DNA of 36,083 bases. Origin: Bugula neritina (Eukaryota > Animalia > Bryozoa). Where the stretch lies: the NCBI GenBank assembly GCA_964035545.1, contig CAXIUT010000100.1:1-36083 (forward strand). Reading direction: 5' to 3'. Under the pieces are notes generated by a model that had not been told where the DNA came from, made no database searches, and saw only the letters and a program-made list of their open reading frames with translations. Shown piece after piece: positions 25,534 through 36,083 of the stretch (position 1 is its first letter; each line of letters opens with the position of its first letter). The translations under genes and the position numbers were made by a program.

Positions 25534-26694
25534 TCAAGGAAGGTTAGGAGACAGTGAGTCACTTTTATTGTTCATGTTTTAACTTTCTTCTTTACTTTTG
25601 ATAAAGAATTCCATTCTTTTTTGTTTTTGGATGATCCAGCTGTGCCAGGTTAGGAAGTCGATAATCGGATATGAATTTTAAAGATGAAGAAGAGGATATT
25701 TTTTTTGACTGTTTTATCCTTTGAATTCTTCTTTCACGATCATTGTGTTTGGCTGAAGAAGAATTTAATCATTTTAAATGTTGTTGCTGTATTATTATTC
25801 GCTTTCATCTTTTTCTGAGATTCTTTATTGTTTAAGATAGGCCTCTTTATCGTAAATAGATTGAGAATAGTTCACTTGAGGAGGTTGAATCCACATTTTA
25901 TCCTGAGACATATTGAATTAATTGAAGGTATTATTATTAGATTGTCTCCATTAATAGACTTTTTGAGATAAGTTTAGTTACTTTTATTTATTCTTTATAT
26001 CAATATCTGAAAATTTAAGAACTAGTTCTTTTCTGAGATCTTCAATTATCTGGAGAGTTTTAAGATACTCATTCTTCTTGATAATGATATATTTGCTTTT
26101 TTGATAAAGCATTTTCATTGCTTATTCTTCTTAACCATTCAAAAAGAGAAGAATAGAACCAATAGAATAATTCATTTATAGAATTTAATCTTGTCTGAAG
26201 TGAATAAAGTTACTGTTAGTCGTTACTCCTATTTCTGATTTATATTTATCCATTTTACTATTAACTTCCATACAAAACTGTTAAAGTGACCAAAGAATGT
26301 TACAAGGTGAAAGGTACCACTTCAAATAGCTGATAATGATGAAATAATAGACTCTTGAGTTTCTATATGGGAAGAATCTTGTGAGCATTTCTTCTTTATC
26401 ATCATTGTTTAGTCTGCTACAGACTACATTTTTGATGATGCCTATGTACTTCTTATGACAGTTATTGGTACTCCTTTTGTACTTTCCTTTCTTCTTGTTA
26501 ATGGTTTCTATCTTTTATTTAAAACGCATTTGATCAACAATCTGTTTCATATGTTGCTGGTTGTAGGATTCTGGTGGCCTTGGGTCGAATGGCATTCCTC
26601 TCATCGAAGAATAGTCATATGGATTAAAAAAAGATGGGAATTCACCTAGATGAAATGGAGTTGCATCTCCCATCTGACTCATTGAATTATTCAT
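25534..26694 (-). CDS. Hypothetical protein (386 aa)
   Basis: ATG 26694 to TGA 25536-25534 in one frame (MNNSMSQMGDATPFHLGEFPSFFNPY...). Confidence 0.7.
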
Positions 26695-26736
26695 CTAAAT
26701 TTATGTCAAGCTTTTAAAAAACATTTGCAATAATCT

Positions 26737-27189
26737 ATGCTCTAAAAAAGAGCTTAGCTAGTATTTAGTTTAACTTATAAAAGTGAAAAGAACAGCTCTA
26801 AGGGCGCACTTTATTGTATATAAAAATTGATAATATACAAAATCTTCTTTCGTTTCTCAAATGAAATCACAAAAAAATAATAATTGATCAATGTTCAACA
26901 TGTATCAATAAAAGTTCACTCCGAAAGCTCTTATTCATTTGATTTTGTTCTGAGGTTTAAAATGCAACTGAAAGATTTGATTTATATGATTTCTTATTTA
27001 ATGATATAAATTTATGAAAAGTCATTTACAACATTTTTAAAGCATCTTTAAACGAAAAAGAATTCTTTAATAGCTTTTATTATTTATTTTAGACCTTGGT
27101 TATTTAAGAACTTGATTATAATAGTTGAGATAAGATTAAAGTTGATAAAAACAAATGATAAATTTTAAATGTTTCAAAACAATAGGTGA
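26737..27189 (+). CDS. Possible hypothetical protein (150 aa)
   Basis: ATG-to-TGA open frame filling the gap between neighbours. An opposite-strand frame is also open for about 100 codons, so strand is uncertain. Confidence 0.3.
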
Positions 27190-27211
27190 AAGCAAAGATT
27201 TGTCCTGAGCT

Positions 27212-27949
27212 TCACTTTGATAATTTATTCAATAAAACATCAATATCATTCTTCTTCTAAATATTTTAAATTTGAATTTATTGTAAATTCACTAACAAAT
27301 TCTAAAGATTCAATTTTCTTTCTTTTTACCTACAGATTAGATAATGCTAAGCTGATTATGATCTTGATGACTTCGGTTTATAGCGTTTCACGTCCTTAAA
27401 AAAGTATTTGAGCAACCAAAAAAGCGACCTTTGCATCTATCCTTAAATTGTTTTCATGATGAGATTACAGCTCGCAGAACCTAGAAGCAGATTTAGCTCT
27501 AAAGTACATTTATTGAGCTAAATGGCTTCAAGATGAGTTTAAAACAGAGTTCCACTAAAATTGGGTGCCATATCGCTTACAATAACATCAAAATGTTCGT
27601 ACTTTTATTTTAATAAATGATGAAGTTTAGGATTTCGAGCATCACAGTTGTAAAAATTGATTCCTTAGAGCTACTTCATTGGAAGAAGATCTACAGAAGC
27701 TACCTATATTTTTGGATTGATTATTTTTAATACTTGACTCCAACTTCCTGGAGAACAGCCTAGATCAAGAACTTTTGAGGCATTCTGAATAATAGAAAAC
27801 TTTTATTCAATTTATAGAAGTTTAAAAGAAGCTCGACTTCTATATCCTAATTATTGAGCTTTTTTAACATGAGAATCATTAATATGGTTTAAATACCATG
27901 ATTTTTTGTTTTGAGATAAGAACCTCTTGGTGATAGTTGAAAGGATCAT
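27212..27949 (-). CDS. MRM2: Mitochondrial rRNA 2'-O-methyltransferase (RrmJ/FtsJ family)
   Basis: Presequence-like MILSTITKRFLS, GYRSRASFKLLEI, VLDLGCSPGSWSQV, VDLLPM, DVIVSDMAPNFSG, LIMKT, KPKSSRSESAEHYLIC; K-D-K-E tetrad present. Confidence 0.9.
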
Positions 27950-28008
27950 TGATAAATATAAAGATAATTAATACATTGATTATTAATATAAAGTTAGATT
28001 GTAGATAA

Positions 28009-28806
28009 TCAAAAATTGAATGGAAGTATTTCAAAGTGATATTCAATTTTAATAGTCCCTGCCATTTTTTTATCAAAAAACAAACTAAATTGTCTTTGTT
28101 TTGGTTTTTCACATGGAATAAGAAGTCCTTCTTTTAGCATTAAGATCTATACTGAGCAAACTAGATCATCATTTAGTGGATCTTCATCAAAGACATTGAT
28201 CATAAGTTTGCTTTTTCCTGATTATTTTACTTGAAGTTCTATTCTTTCAGTCCAAACACAATGCTTTCCTTCATCGATTTTAGCTTTAGTTGAATAGGTT
28301 TATTTATCAAGTTTTATTTGAAGATAAGGATCCATTTTAGTCAACATCTAAGTATCTCTTATTAGATCAACTTCTATTGTTTCAATAGTAAACTTTCCTT
28401 GAATGTTATTAAGGTAAATAATCTCCAAGTCAACTTGTAACATATTGTCTATTTTCAAATTGGAATCATTTCTTTTATCTTTTTATATTTTTTTTATCAT
28501 GATTGCTTCAATAACATGCTTAACTCTTGGCATTTAAGATAATTTTTTCAAAGGAAATCTTAGTTCTCCTTGATATCCACTTTTATCATCACTAAATTAC
28601 AACTATAAGCTTTCCTTTCCACCGCTCTAAAACATGTGAACCTGATTGATTTGTACAGCTCCTTCTGAAAGATCAGGAGTATCTAAGTAACCTTGATCAG
28701 CTATCCTGGTCATTAGTTTGGAAGGACCTAGTTGATACTTTCCCATTGGAATAACATCATTGATTTTGAGGTAGACAAGCCCTTTGATTTGATTATCTTA
28801 TTTCAT
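28009..28806 (-). CDS. Tandem C2-domain protein (265 aa)
   Basis: Second C2 is clear: GKFTI..RDTEMLTKMDPYLQI..STK..GKHCVWTE..INVFDEDPLNDDLV. First half is C2-like. Confidence 0.8.
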
Positions 28807-28873
28807 TTTCGTTGATATTAATTATAGATGAGTAAAAAGTTACAAAAATTATGACTAATGTGAAGATATTGAC

Positions 28874-30140
28874 TCATTGAATAAAGGATAGAGAATCATT
28901 TAGTGTATCCATACTAATGAATACATATATTTTGGATCCATCAGCGAATTATTAAATTTAGTTAGATCCTAGTTGTAGACATTGTTTTTTCGTTTAATTT
29001 TATATTTTTATGATTTTTACTAGACTCATATATCGACATCTAATGATATCTCCCTGTGTAAAGCTAAAATCATTTTTTCTAACTATTTTATACTTGCTTT
29101 CATGGATATCTTTTCTCTTTAACTATCCATACTTATTAACAATATAATCTAAGGAATTAATGTTCATATTGGAGCAGAATCCAAGAAGTATATTTCCCAT
29201 CATTTTATTTATCTTTATATTCCACTTAATAGAGGCAAAGCTGTCAGTATAGATTGGACTGAGAATATAAAAATGTAAGAAATCAAATTTTTATTTGGAC
29301 TAGTTGAAAGATGGTTTGATAAGAGTTGGATTAGGAAAGGTAAAATGAGTAGTAAAAGTGGTATAGTAGGATATGAGTAGATCTAGAGGTTAGCCTACTA
29401 CTAATGCTTTGGTTATATTTTACATTCTATCACATTTGGAATTGAGTTATTGAATTCCTTGTGAAATATTGGCTACTTGGCTGCCTATTGTGCCGATTGA
29501 GTTGGCATAGCAATCAAAGGTTCTTTCATATTTTTATGATAGTTGATTAAAATGTATATGTTAATGTAGATATTTAACTTTTGGCATACTTCCTCCACAA
29601 TAACCACATTAAATCATATATTTTTGACAGGAATTTATATGAGAAGGATAATTTTTAGAAAGAATTTGACCTTTACATCCTCTGCAAGGCCTTACTAAAT
29701 TTTATAATTTCTACATTTGAATTGGCATATTGCCATGTGAGTATTAACATCTCCATAACTCAAAACCTACTTGCATCCGTTGCTTGAGTTGGGACAATGC
29801 AAATGGAGGCTATCTAAAATGGATTTGAGGATCGGAGGAATCTTACTACTGACAAACAATCTTTTACACTGGGGGCAAACTGAACTGTTTGGCTCATGAG
29901 ATATACATTTTTTAAGCCAGGACTAAATGCAGAAACTGCAGAAAGCATTCTGGCATCCGTTCTGAGAGCCACAGGTCACAGGCTACCAAACAATATGATG
30001 ACAGATGGAACCTAACTATCTATTTTAATACAAATAAGGTGATCAACTTCGATAAGAGACTCAACTACAAGACTTCGTTCGAGAGAAATTTGATTTTATT
30101 CTTCTAAATCGGAGTCTGAATCTTCATTGTACTTAAGCAT
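28874..30140 (-). CDS. RING finger plus TRAF-type zinc fingers with a SPRY-like C-terminus (putative E3 ligase)
   Basis: CSICHHIVWEPVTC..CQNAFCSFCIESW..CPQCK; CPNSSNGC..H..C; CRGC..H..C; 20-nt introns 30012-30031 and 29695-29714. Confidence 0.85.
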
Positions 30141-30229
30141 GTGTCAATAATAATAAATATATGTATTGATTGATAATAAGTTAATTGACTTAATATAGTT
30201 TAATAGATGATTTAATTTGTTGATTTTAA

Positions 30230-31669
30230 TCAAATAGCTTGCCAGTTCTGAATCATGATTTTTTGAAGAGCCATGAGGGCTTGTTCTCTGACTGATTTAT
30301 CTTCGCTGTATCTGGCTTTTTCCATGATGATTTCTTTAATTTGTTGGGACTCAATAACTCTAAATTATATCATTTTTACGTTTTTCCTCTTGGATAAAAT
30401 CTACAAAATTATCCAATATCATAGCATGCAATAGCTACATTGAGAACTCTTTTGCTGTTCAGTAAAAACTTAAGTTTTCTAAATATAATTATGTTTACTT
30501 GATAAGATGATACTCATTTGCTTCGAATTTGAGGGCATTTTCTTTCCAGAAACGTTCATTATGAACAGAACTCCATTCCAGCATATCTGCATTGATTTAT
30601 TTGACATATTTATCAAAAGAACTTAAAATTCTGATATTGCTTTACAAAATAGATCCAACATCTTTGATAGCATTGATTAAATCTTAATCCTTGATGTTTC
30701 CCTTCAAAATTGTATCAATTATTTTTAGAAGTCTGTTGTCAATCATGAGTTAAAGGCAACTTTGACTGTCTTGAATATTTTTAAATATCATAAAAGCAAC
30801 ACGAGTGATTTTTTATCGAGAAACTTTTTGTAAAATTTAACAGATAAACTTGATAACTCCGAATTTGGGAATTCCAATGAATTTTTAAATTGTATCTTCC
30901 AAGAAAGAAAGCATCCAAACATTGAGTAGAGTATAATAGATAAGTTGAATATCGTTTCCACTTCGATTAAGGCATTCCAGTAGGAAAGCTCCACCCCCAT
31001 ATTCCATGAAGAGTTCTCCTAAATGACGATGCTTATTAAGATGAACAAAACAAGAGACTAATCCATAATCAGAAATGAAATCTTTTTGGGATCTAAATAG
31101 ATGGAAAAGTACTTCTTTTGGAGGAGTTCGAGAAGGAAGTTTTTTTGTTCATTATAAAATTGTTCATGAGGAAGTTATCCTAAAATAATTGAGATAACTC
31201 TATATGTAGCAAGAACTTTTAGGGAAGAATTTTCTTCATCTTATCTTTTCTTTTCAATCACAGTTGCAATTCCTTTCAATTTTGAAATTAGGTTGTTGTA
31301 TTTTCCTGCTTTCATCTCTTAAACTATTGTTCTAAGAGCTTGTCTGTCCTCTGTTAGAACGGCATCAAGAGTGGTGAGGACATACTCCATAAGATCACCT
31401 TCACGATTGAGGCAGATCACAATATCAAGGAAAGCTTAGGTAAAGGCTTCTGGATCTTCTGCAAGAAGTTCTTTTTGTCCAACTTTATTTCTTTGGTTGA
31501 ATTTGAGGAAGTTATCAACAGTTTTAGCTTTGAGAGCTGACTCTTTACTGGAGGTATTGAACTGACTGAAGCCTAGTTTGACTCTGTTAGAGATAGCATT
31601 AAGTTCTTTTTCCTTTTGGTAGAAGCAGAGAGAGTAGTTAAAGTACTTTTTCTAATCTGGTTTTTGCAT
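30230..31669 (-). CDS. ATP6V1H: V-type H+-ATPase subunit H
   Basis: QLIYYTLLNVWMLSF, REKITR, SSFDKYVKEI..LEWSSVHNERFWKENA, ACYDIGEFCRFYPRGK, VREQALMALQKIM; 20-nt introns 31093-31112, 30479-30498, 30360-30379. Confidence 0.95.
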
Positions 31670-31753
31670 AAGATTTGATAATAGTCAACATGGTAGATTT
31701 TATTGATTTAAATATATCTTTCAATTAAATTCATAAGAATTATTCAAGGCAAA

Positions 31754-34162
31754 TCATTTTTAATTATCGAATATGGGGTTGGGGTTGGGGTTGGGGTTGG
31801 GGTTGGGGTTGGGGTTGGGGTTGGGGTTGGGGTTGGGGTTGGGGTTGGGGTTGGGTCCTGCACAAATTGTAAAGCAAGAAGCCAGTAAGGTTCCATAGCT
31901 TATTAAAATCAAACAAATAAGATTGTAGTAAACAGAATTAAGCATACCTACACATAAAGAATTTCTCATATCGATAATAGAATCTCCAAGAACTCTACAA
32001 TCAAGTCCATTAAAACTACCTGCAGTCAAATTGTAGTATTTATTAAAAGCAGATTAAAGAATTGTCTGATATATACTGATATTTGCCTGAGTGCCTTTGA
32101 ATGCTGTATCATAATCATTTATTTTTGTTTGAAGGGTTGCTATATCTGCATTAACACCAGTCATTTTAGTCTTTCTTGGAACATTCCAATTATTTTATAA
32201 ATTTACAAGATAGTTAAAATAGTTACATGTGTTAGCACCATATCTACTAGCTAAAGTAGTTGCGAATGAACTATCTCCTGAAGAACTCTGAAATTGCTGC
32301 ATAATTTAATAACATCCAAGAGGGCATTTAGTCAAGTCAGATAGATCAAGGCAGGCTGCATTCTGTGCCTTCCCACCAGGACAAGTAAAGGTATCATAAG
32401 AAGGCATCCAAGAATCTCCGTTTACATTAATAGTATCACAAGTAATATCAAGTGGAAATGCTATTGTCCTAATAGCAGTGAAGAAAGCTGAAGTTGTTGT
32501 ATCTTGAACATCTAGAAGTTGTGCATTCATAACTTTATCTACAGTAGATGTCCCTGAGGTAAAGGGATTTGTTAGATTTGCTGTAGAATAACTCGGAATA
32601 ATTGTATTTAGTCGCTGGGCATTTTGACTGATAGTAAGTAGTTAGGCAAAAGAAGAATTTAAGGACGGACTAATTTTGTCCATAACATATCCAGTTCCAT
32701 CTGCCATGCAGTTTGAGTAGAAACTTCCTAATTAGCTGAACCCAAGTTTTGTGAACACTTCATTAGTCCCTACTCCAGTTGAAAACTTTTTATCAATGTA
32801 TCCACAGACTTGAGAAAGATTGGGAGCTATCAAAGCCATTATGATCATTATAGAAAAAGATAAAAAAGCAAGAAAGAAAAGGAATGCACAAGCAAAATAC
32901 ATGAATAATCTAACTTTAACAACAGAAAAGCAAGCTAGAATGATAGAAGCCAAAAATCCAATGATAGAAAGAGCAAAGAAGGCTCCATAAAATGCTTTAC
33001 ATAAGATAAGCATTTGATTTAGATTATCTTGATCCTGAGTTATAATAAAACTACATCAAACAAGTATGACCATTTATTGATAAAACTATTTAAGTTACTT
33101 TATAAGGCACTGATAGAGGTGATTGAATCTCCAAATTGAGTTCGAACGACAGGTTATGTGGTAGTTACCAGATTATTATAGGCAGCTATCATTGGATCTA
33201 TCGCATCGTTTATTTATTTAAAGATAGTTGTAGTTGTGCTATCTATATTTCCCAAGATAGTAGTTGAACTATTTAATGGTCCATAGTAAAGTTATTTGAA
33301 CTGAGAGGTAATGCTTACGTAGTTAGTTCCAACATTATCATCTGTGAATGCATTTGTATAGACACTATTAGAATAGGTTGAATAAGTGGATGCTAGAGAT
33401 AGTTGGAAAATGCTTTGTCTTGAGGCAATATCTGCAGCATTTCCTAGTGACTGATTTATTTTAGAATTACATTAGAATTTTGAGTCCAAATTGTGTCAAA
33501 ACTTGAATTAAAAGTTTTTATATCAGCAGACAAAGGTGAAAGACCAACAAAAAAACGATTATCTACAGTCTATGATAATTTTCCATTCAGAGTATCATCT
33601 CCTACTGCAGAAGATTTACAGCCCAGATCATTGTAGTAATATACTATTTAAACTCCTTTCATAATACCGAGAAGGGCACCGACCATAATAGATAAATAGA
33701 AAAAAACAGCAACGTATGATGTCCATTTTAACTAGCATTTTCCATACATTTATTTATCAGGTTTACGGCATTTATGGCAAACTGGATGTTTTTCTAGATT
33801 AAGAGAGAAATACCAGGCCAGACACAGCAACAGCAGAGGGGAATCCAGATAAAAATTAATACAACAAAGGCTACTAGATGTGGCATAATAATTATTAGAG
33901 TGGTAGAGTTGATGGTTGTATAGTTGCTATCATAAAGGATGGCCTAAATCTCAGAATCAGTGAGATAGTTGTATTGTTTAATGTAGCTGCTGCTTTATGA
34001 GATTTAGCTGTCTGTATAGTTGCCCATGTAGTAAAGACATGTGGATTAGTGATAAGCATTTCTTGATGTTGAGATGCTTGTGTCTGATACAGAAATAGCT
34101 GAATGAGATATTGCGACTAGAGATGTGATTAAAAAGAGTTTTTGAAGAAATTTCATGTTCAT
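31754..34162 (-). CDS. Prominin-like 5-TM membrane protein; C-terminal tail interrupted by the telomere tract
   Basis: Signal peptide (MNMKFLQKLFLITSLVAISHSA), TM plus PLCCCCVWP, TM, large loop, TM pair, large Cys-containing loop, final TM. 20-nt introns 33794-33813, 33451-33470, 33035-33054. Joins three supplied ORFs; first in-frame TGA after the tract is 31756-31754. Confidence 0.75.
31775..31855 (+). repeat. Internal (GGGGTT)n telomere tract inside the 3' end of a CDS
   Basis: 81 nt of perfect G4T2, oriented as a right chromosome end. Confidence 0.95.
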
Positions 34163-34694
34163 TCTTTTAGAGGAACTAGCAGAAATCATGAAGATAATAA
34201 CTTTTTTGAGTTGAATATTAAGGTTATTATTTTATCAGTTATAATTTGTTCTATAAAATATGTTAATAAGAAGAATATTAATCCGATTAAATCATATTTT
34301 AAGATTTATCATGTTTTTTATTGATTTTAAGTAAATATTTTCTTTCGTAAGAGTAATTTTTGAACAAAATATTAAAAAATCAAAAATAGTAGCAAGAGTT
34401 TCTTTTTAAAAGATCTTTAACATGTGGAAGTTTAGTTATATCAAAGTTGATTTTTTAATGATAACTTAATTTAAATAACTACCTCCAAAAGATAAATCCA
34501 AAAAAACCTATTTTACCAATACTTTTCAGGTTCAGATCTTTTAAATTGATCATGAAAACTAAAGAAAAATGATGAAAATTATGGTAACGATTAATTTGTT
34601 GATTTTAATTTTCAATTGATGATCGGAGATTGAATTAATAATTAAAGAAGAAAGGAGTATAATTTGTAAAAATATCAACTCAGTTGACTTATCT

Positions 34695-34895
34695 TCATGA
34701 TAATTTGATTGATTAAAATTCCTTTTCTTTTTCTATCTACAAGTCGATGTCGGTGACACTTTCACATTCTTCTGATTTGAAGTGAGGGATAGAAGGAGTG
34801 ATTCTTTTGATTTTTCTGAAAGCTACTTTTATGTCTTCTAATAGTACTCTATAAGGCTTTTTGCTTCTGACAATTGTAAGAAACTTTTTACCCAT
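34695..34895 (-). CDS. Possible small protein (66 aa)
   Basis: ATG 34895 to TGA 34697-34695 (MGKKFLTIVRSKKPYRVLLEDIK...); no homology recognised. Confidence 0.3.
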
Positions 34896-35010
34896 GAACA
34901 ACTGTTAAGTTAAGATTATAATATAAACTATTGCCTGATTAAATATTATTTTATGTAACAGCCCTTCAATCAGAAGTTCATCTAATTATTTATAAAGAAA
35001 TATATACAGA

Positions 35011-35853
35011 TCAGATATGGAGACAAGAATATGTCTAATCAAATGAAAAAACATAGAGATGACCTGTCTATCCTGCTCCAAAGATAGTATTACCTTTATT
35101 GAGAAGAGAAGTAATCGAATCTCCTTTTTAAAAGAACTAGGCTTTGGTGCTTTTATATGATAGACCTTATTCATTGAGGATATTGAAGTAGGTGACTGTT
35201 TGCCAGGAGGTTGCTAAAACTCCATGATGAAACGGGATCATTCTTTAGCAGGGAATATATTTTTTTGATTTGATGGGGACAGAAACAAAACCTGTGATAT
35301 CGTTGCTTCCATATAGTTTACCATTGGTTTATAAAAACTGATGAAATCTGCCTATATTTTAGACTGTATTATTTTGGTCGATAGAATAGGCATTAGTTCC
35401 AGCTAGATAGTATTTGTTTTTGAATTTTACTATTTGAGTGATTGGACTCTCTACATCTATTGTATTGATTATTTTATAGTTATTTTTATCAATGAAATGA
35501 ACCTTTCCATCGTGTCCTATTGTTACAAATTGGTTTTATTCTTCTAAAATATCTGATATGGAATCATTGTGTAGTGATATTTTGTTAACTATTTTCAAAT
35601 TATTCGGGTCAAGAAGGAGAAGTTAGCCTTAACCTGTACCTACATGGATGTTTTTATGATTGATATGTAAAGATGTAAGGTAATTTCTTTATAGGTTTTT
35701 GTCTTGGATGAGTTTGAGTGTTTATGCGTCTGTGATGTCTAAGAAGAAGCTGTGTCCGACTGTTGCAAGTTGTTGTTAGGATGGAGATAAAAATTTAAGT
35801 GATGTTATTTAACTTCTTTAATGAAGTTCTACTTTATTGATATTTTGGATCAT
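35011..35853 (-). CDS. WD40-like beta-propeller protein (280 aa)
   Basis: ITSLKF..LATVG, LTSLHI..VGTGEGELLLLD, LHNDSISDI..FVTIGHDGKVHFID, ITSLL..IFGAGETGHLYVF. Confidence 0.75.
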
Positions 35854-36003
35854 AGTTAATTAATATTTTTTCTTTAATATTCAAATATATTTTTGTATAA
35901 AATGGAATAATTAACAATATTTATTGATTACTATAAAGTAATACAATTTGACAATTTTATTTTGAATGACAATAATTATTTCCAATTATTTAATATTGTT
36001 TAA

Positions 36004-36083
36004 GGGGTTGGGGTTGGGGTTGGGGTTGGGGTTGGGGTTGGGGTTGGGGTTGGGGTTGGGGTTGGGGTTGGGGTTGGGGTTGG
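36004..36083 (+). repeat. Right telomere, (GGGGTT)n
   Basis: 80 nt of perfect G4T2 to the end of the window. Confidence 0.97.

Noticed and set aside
27190-28440. Plus-strand myotubularin-like reading with many in-frame TGAs
   Set aside because: It is the antisense of the clearly recognisable MRM2 and C2 genes.
4103-31669. Standard ciliate code (UAR=Gln, table 6) or a split code such as UAA=Lys/UAG=Glu
   Set aside because: Both TAA and TAG fall at invariant Glu positions in several proteins.
12576-31669. General UGA=Trp or Cys reassignment, or a context-dependent no-stop code
   Set aside because: Conserved Trp residues in ALG1, V-ATPase H, MRM2, RRS1 and Ars2 all use TGG, and TGA appears only at their ends.
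4434-35174. Supplied short ORFs 4434-4718, 6848-7030, 11907-12281, 15386-15574, 15456-15680, 20132-20329, 26455-26649, 27217-27399, 27879-28112, 30788-31000, 34142-34324, 34986-35174
   Set aside because: Antisense or off-frame shadows of the real genes, produced by using the wrong genetic code.
1-36083. Prokaryotic features (CRISPR, IS elements, operons), rRNA or tRNA genes
   Set aside because: None recognised; the sequence is eukaryotic and almost fully accounted for by protein-coding genes.

Overview
AT-rich eukaryotic DNA that looks like a ciliate macronuclear chromosome, with (CCCCAA)n at the left end, (TTGGGG)n at the right end and two further 81-nt G-strand telomere tracts inside (25322-25402, 31775-31855). 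The supplied ORF track is misleading. Manual translation shows that TAA and TAG are sense codons for glutamate: they occupy invariant Glu positions, including the catalytic Glu of an RrmJ/MRM2 methyltransferase. This is the peritrich-type code (NCBI table 30), with TGA as the only stop. Genes are interrupted by GTA...AG introns that are almost all exactly 20 nt. Read this way, the window holds about 26 tightly packed genes, including ALG1, RRS1, Ars2/SRRT, importin-beta, MRM2, V-ATPase subunit H, a RING/TRAF protein, tandem C2, WD40, LRR, membralin-like and prominin-like proteins, and an apparently catalytically dead UBA1-like E1. All gene models and homology calls were made by eye from recalled motifs; no searches were run.
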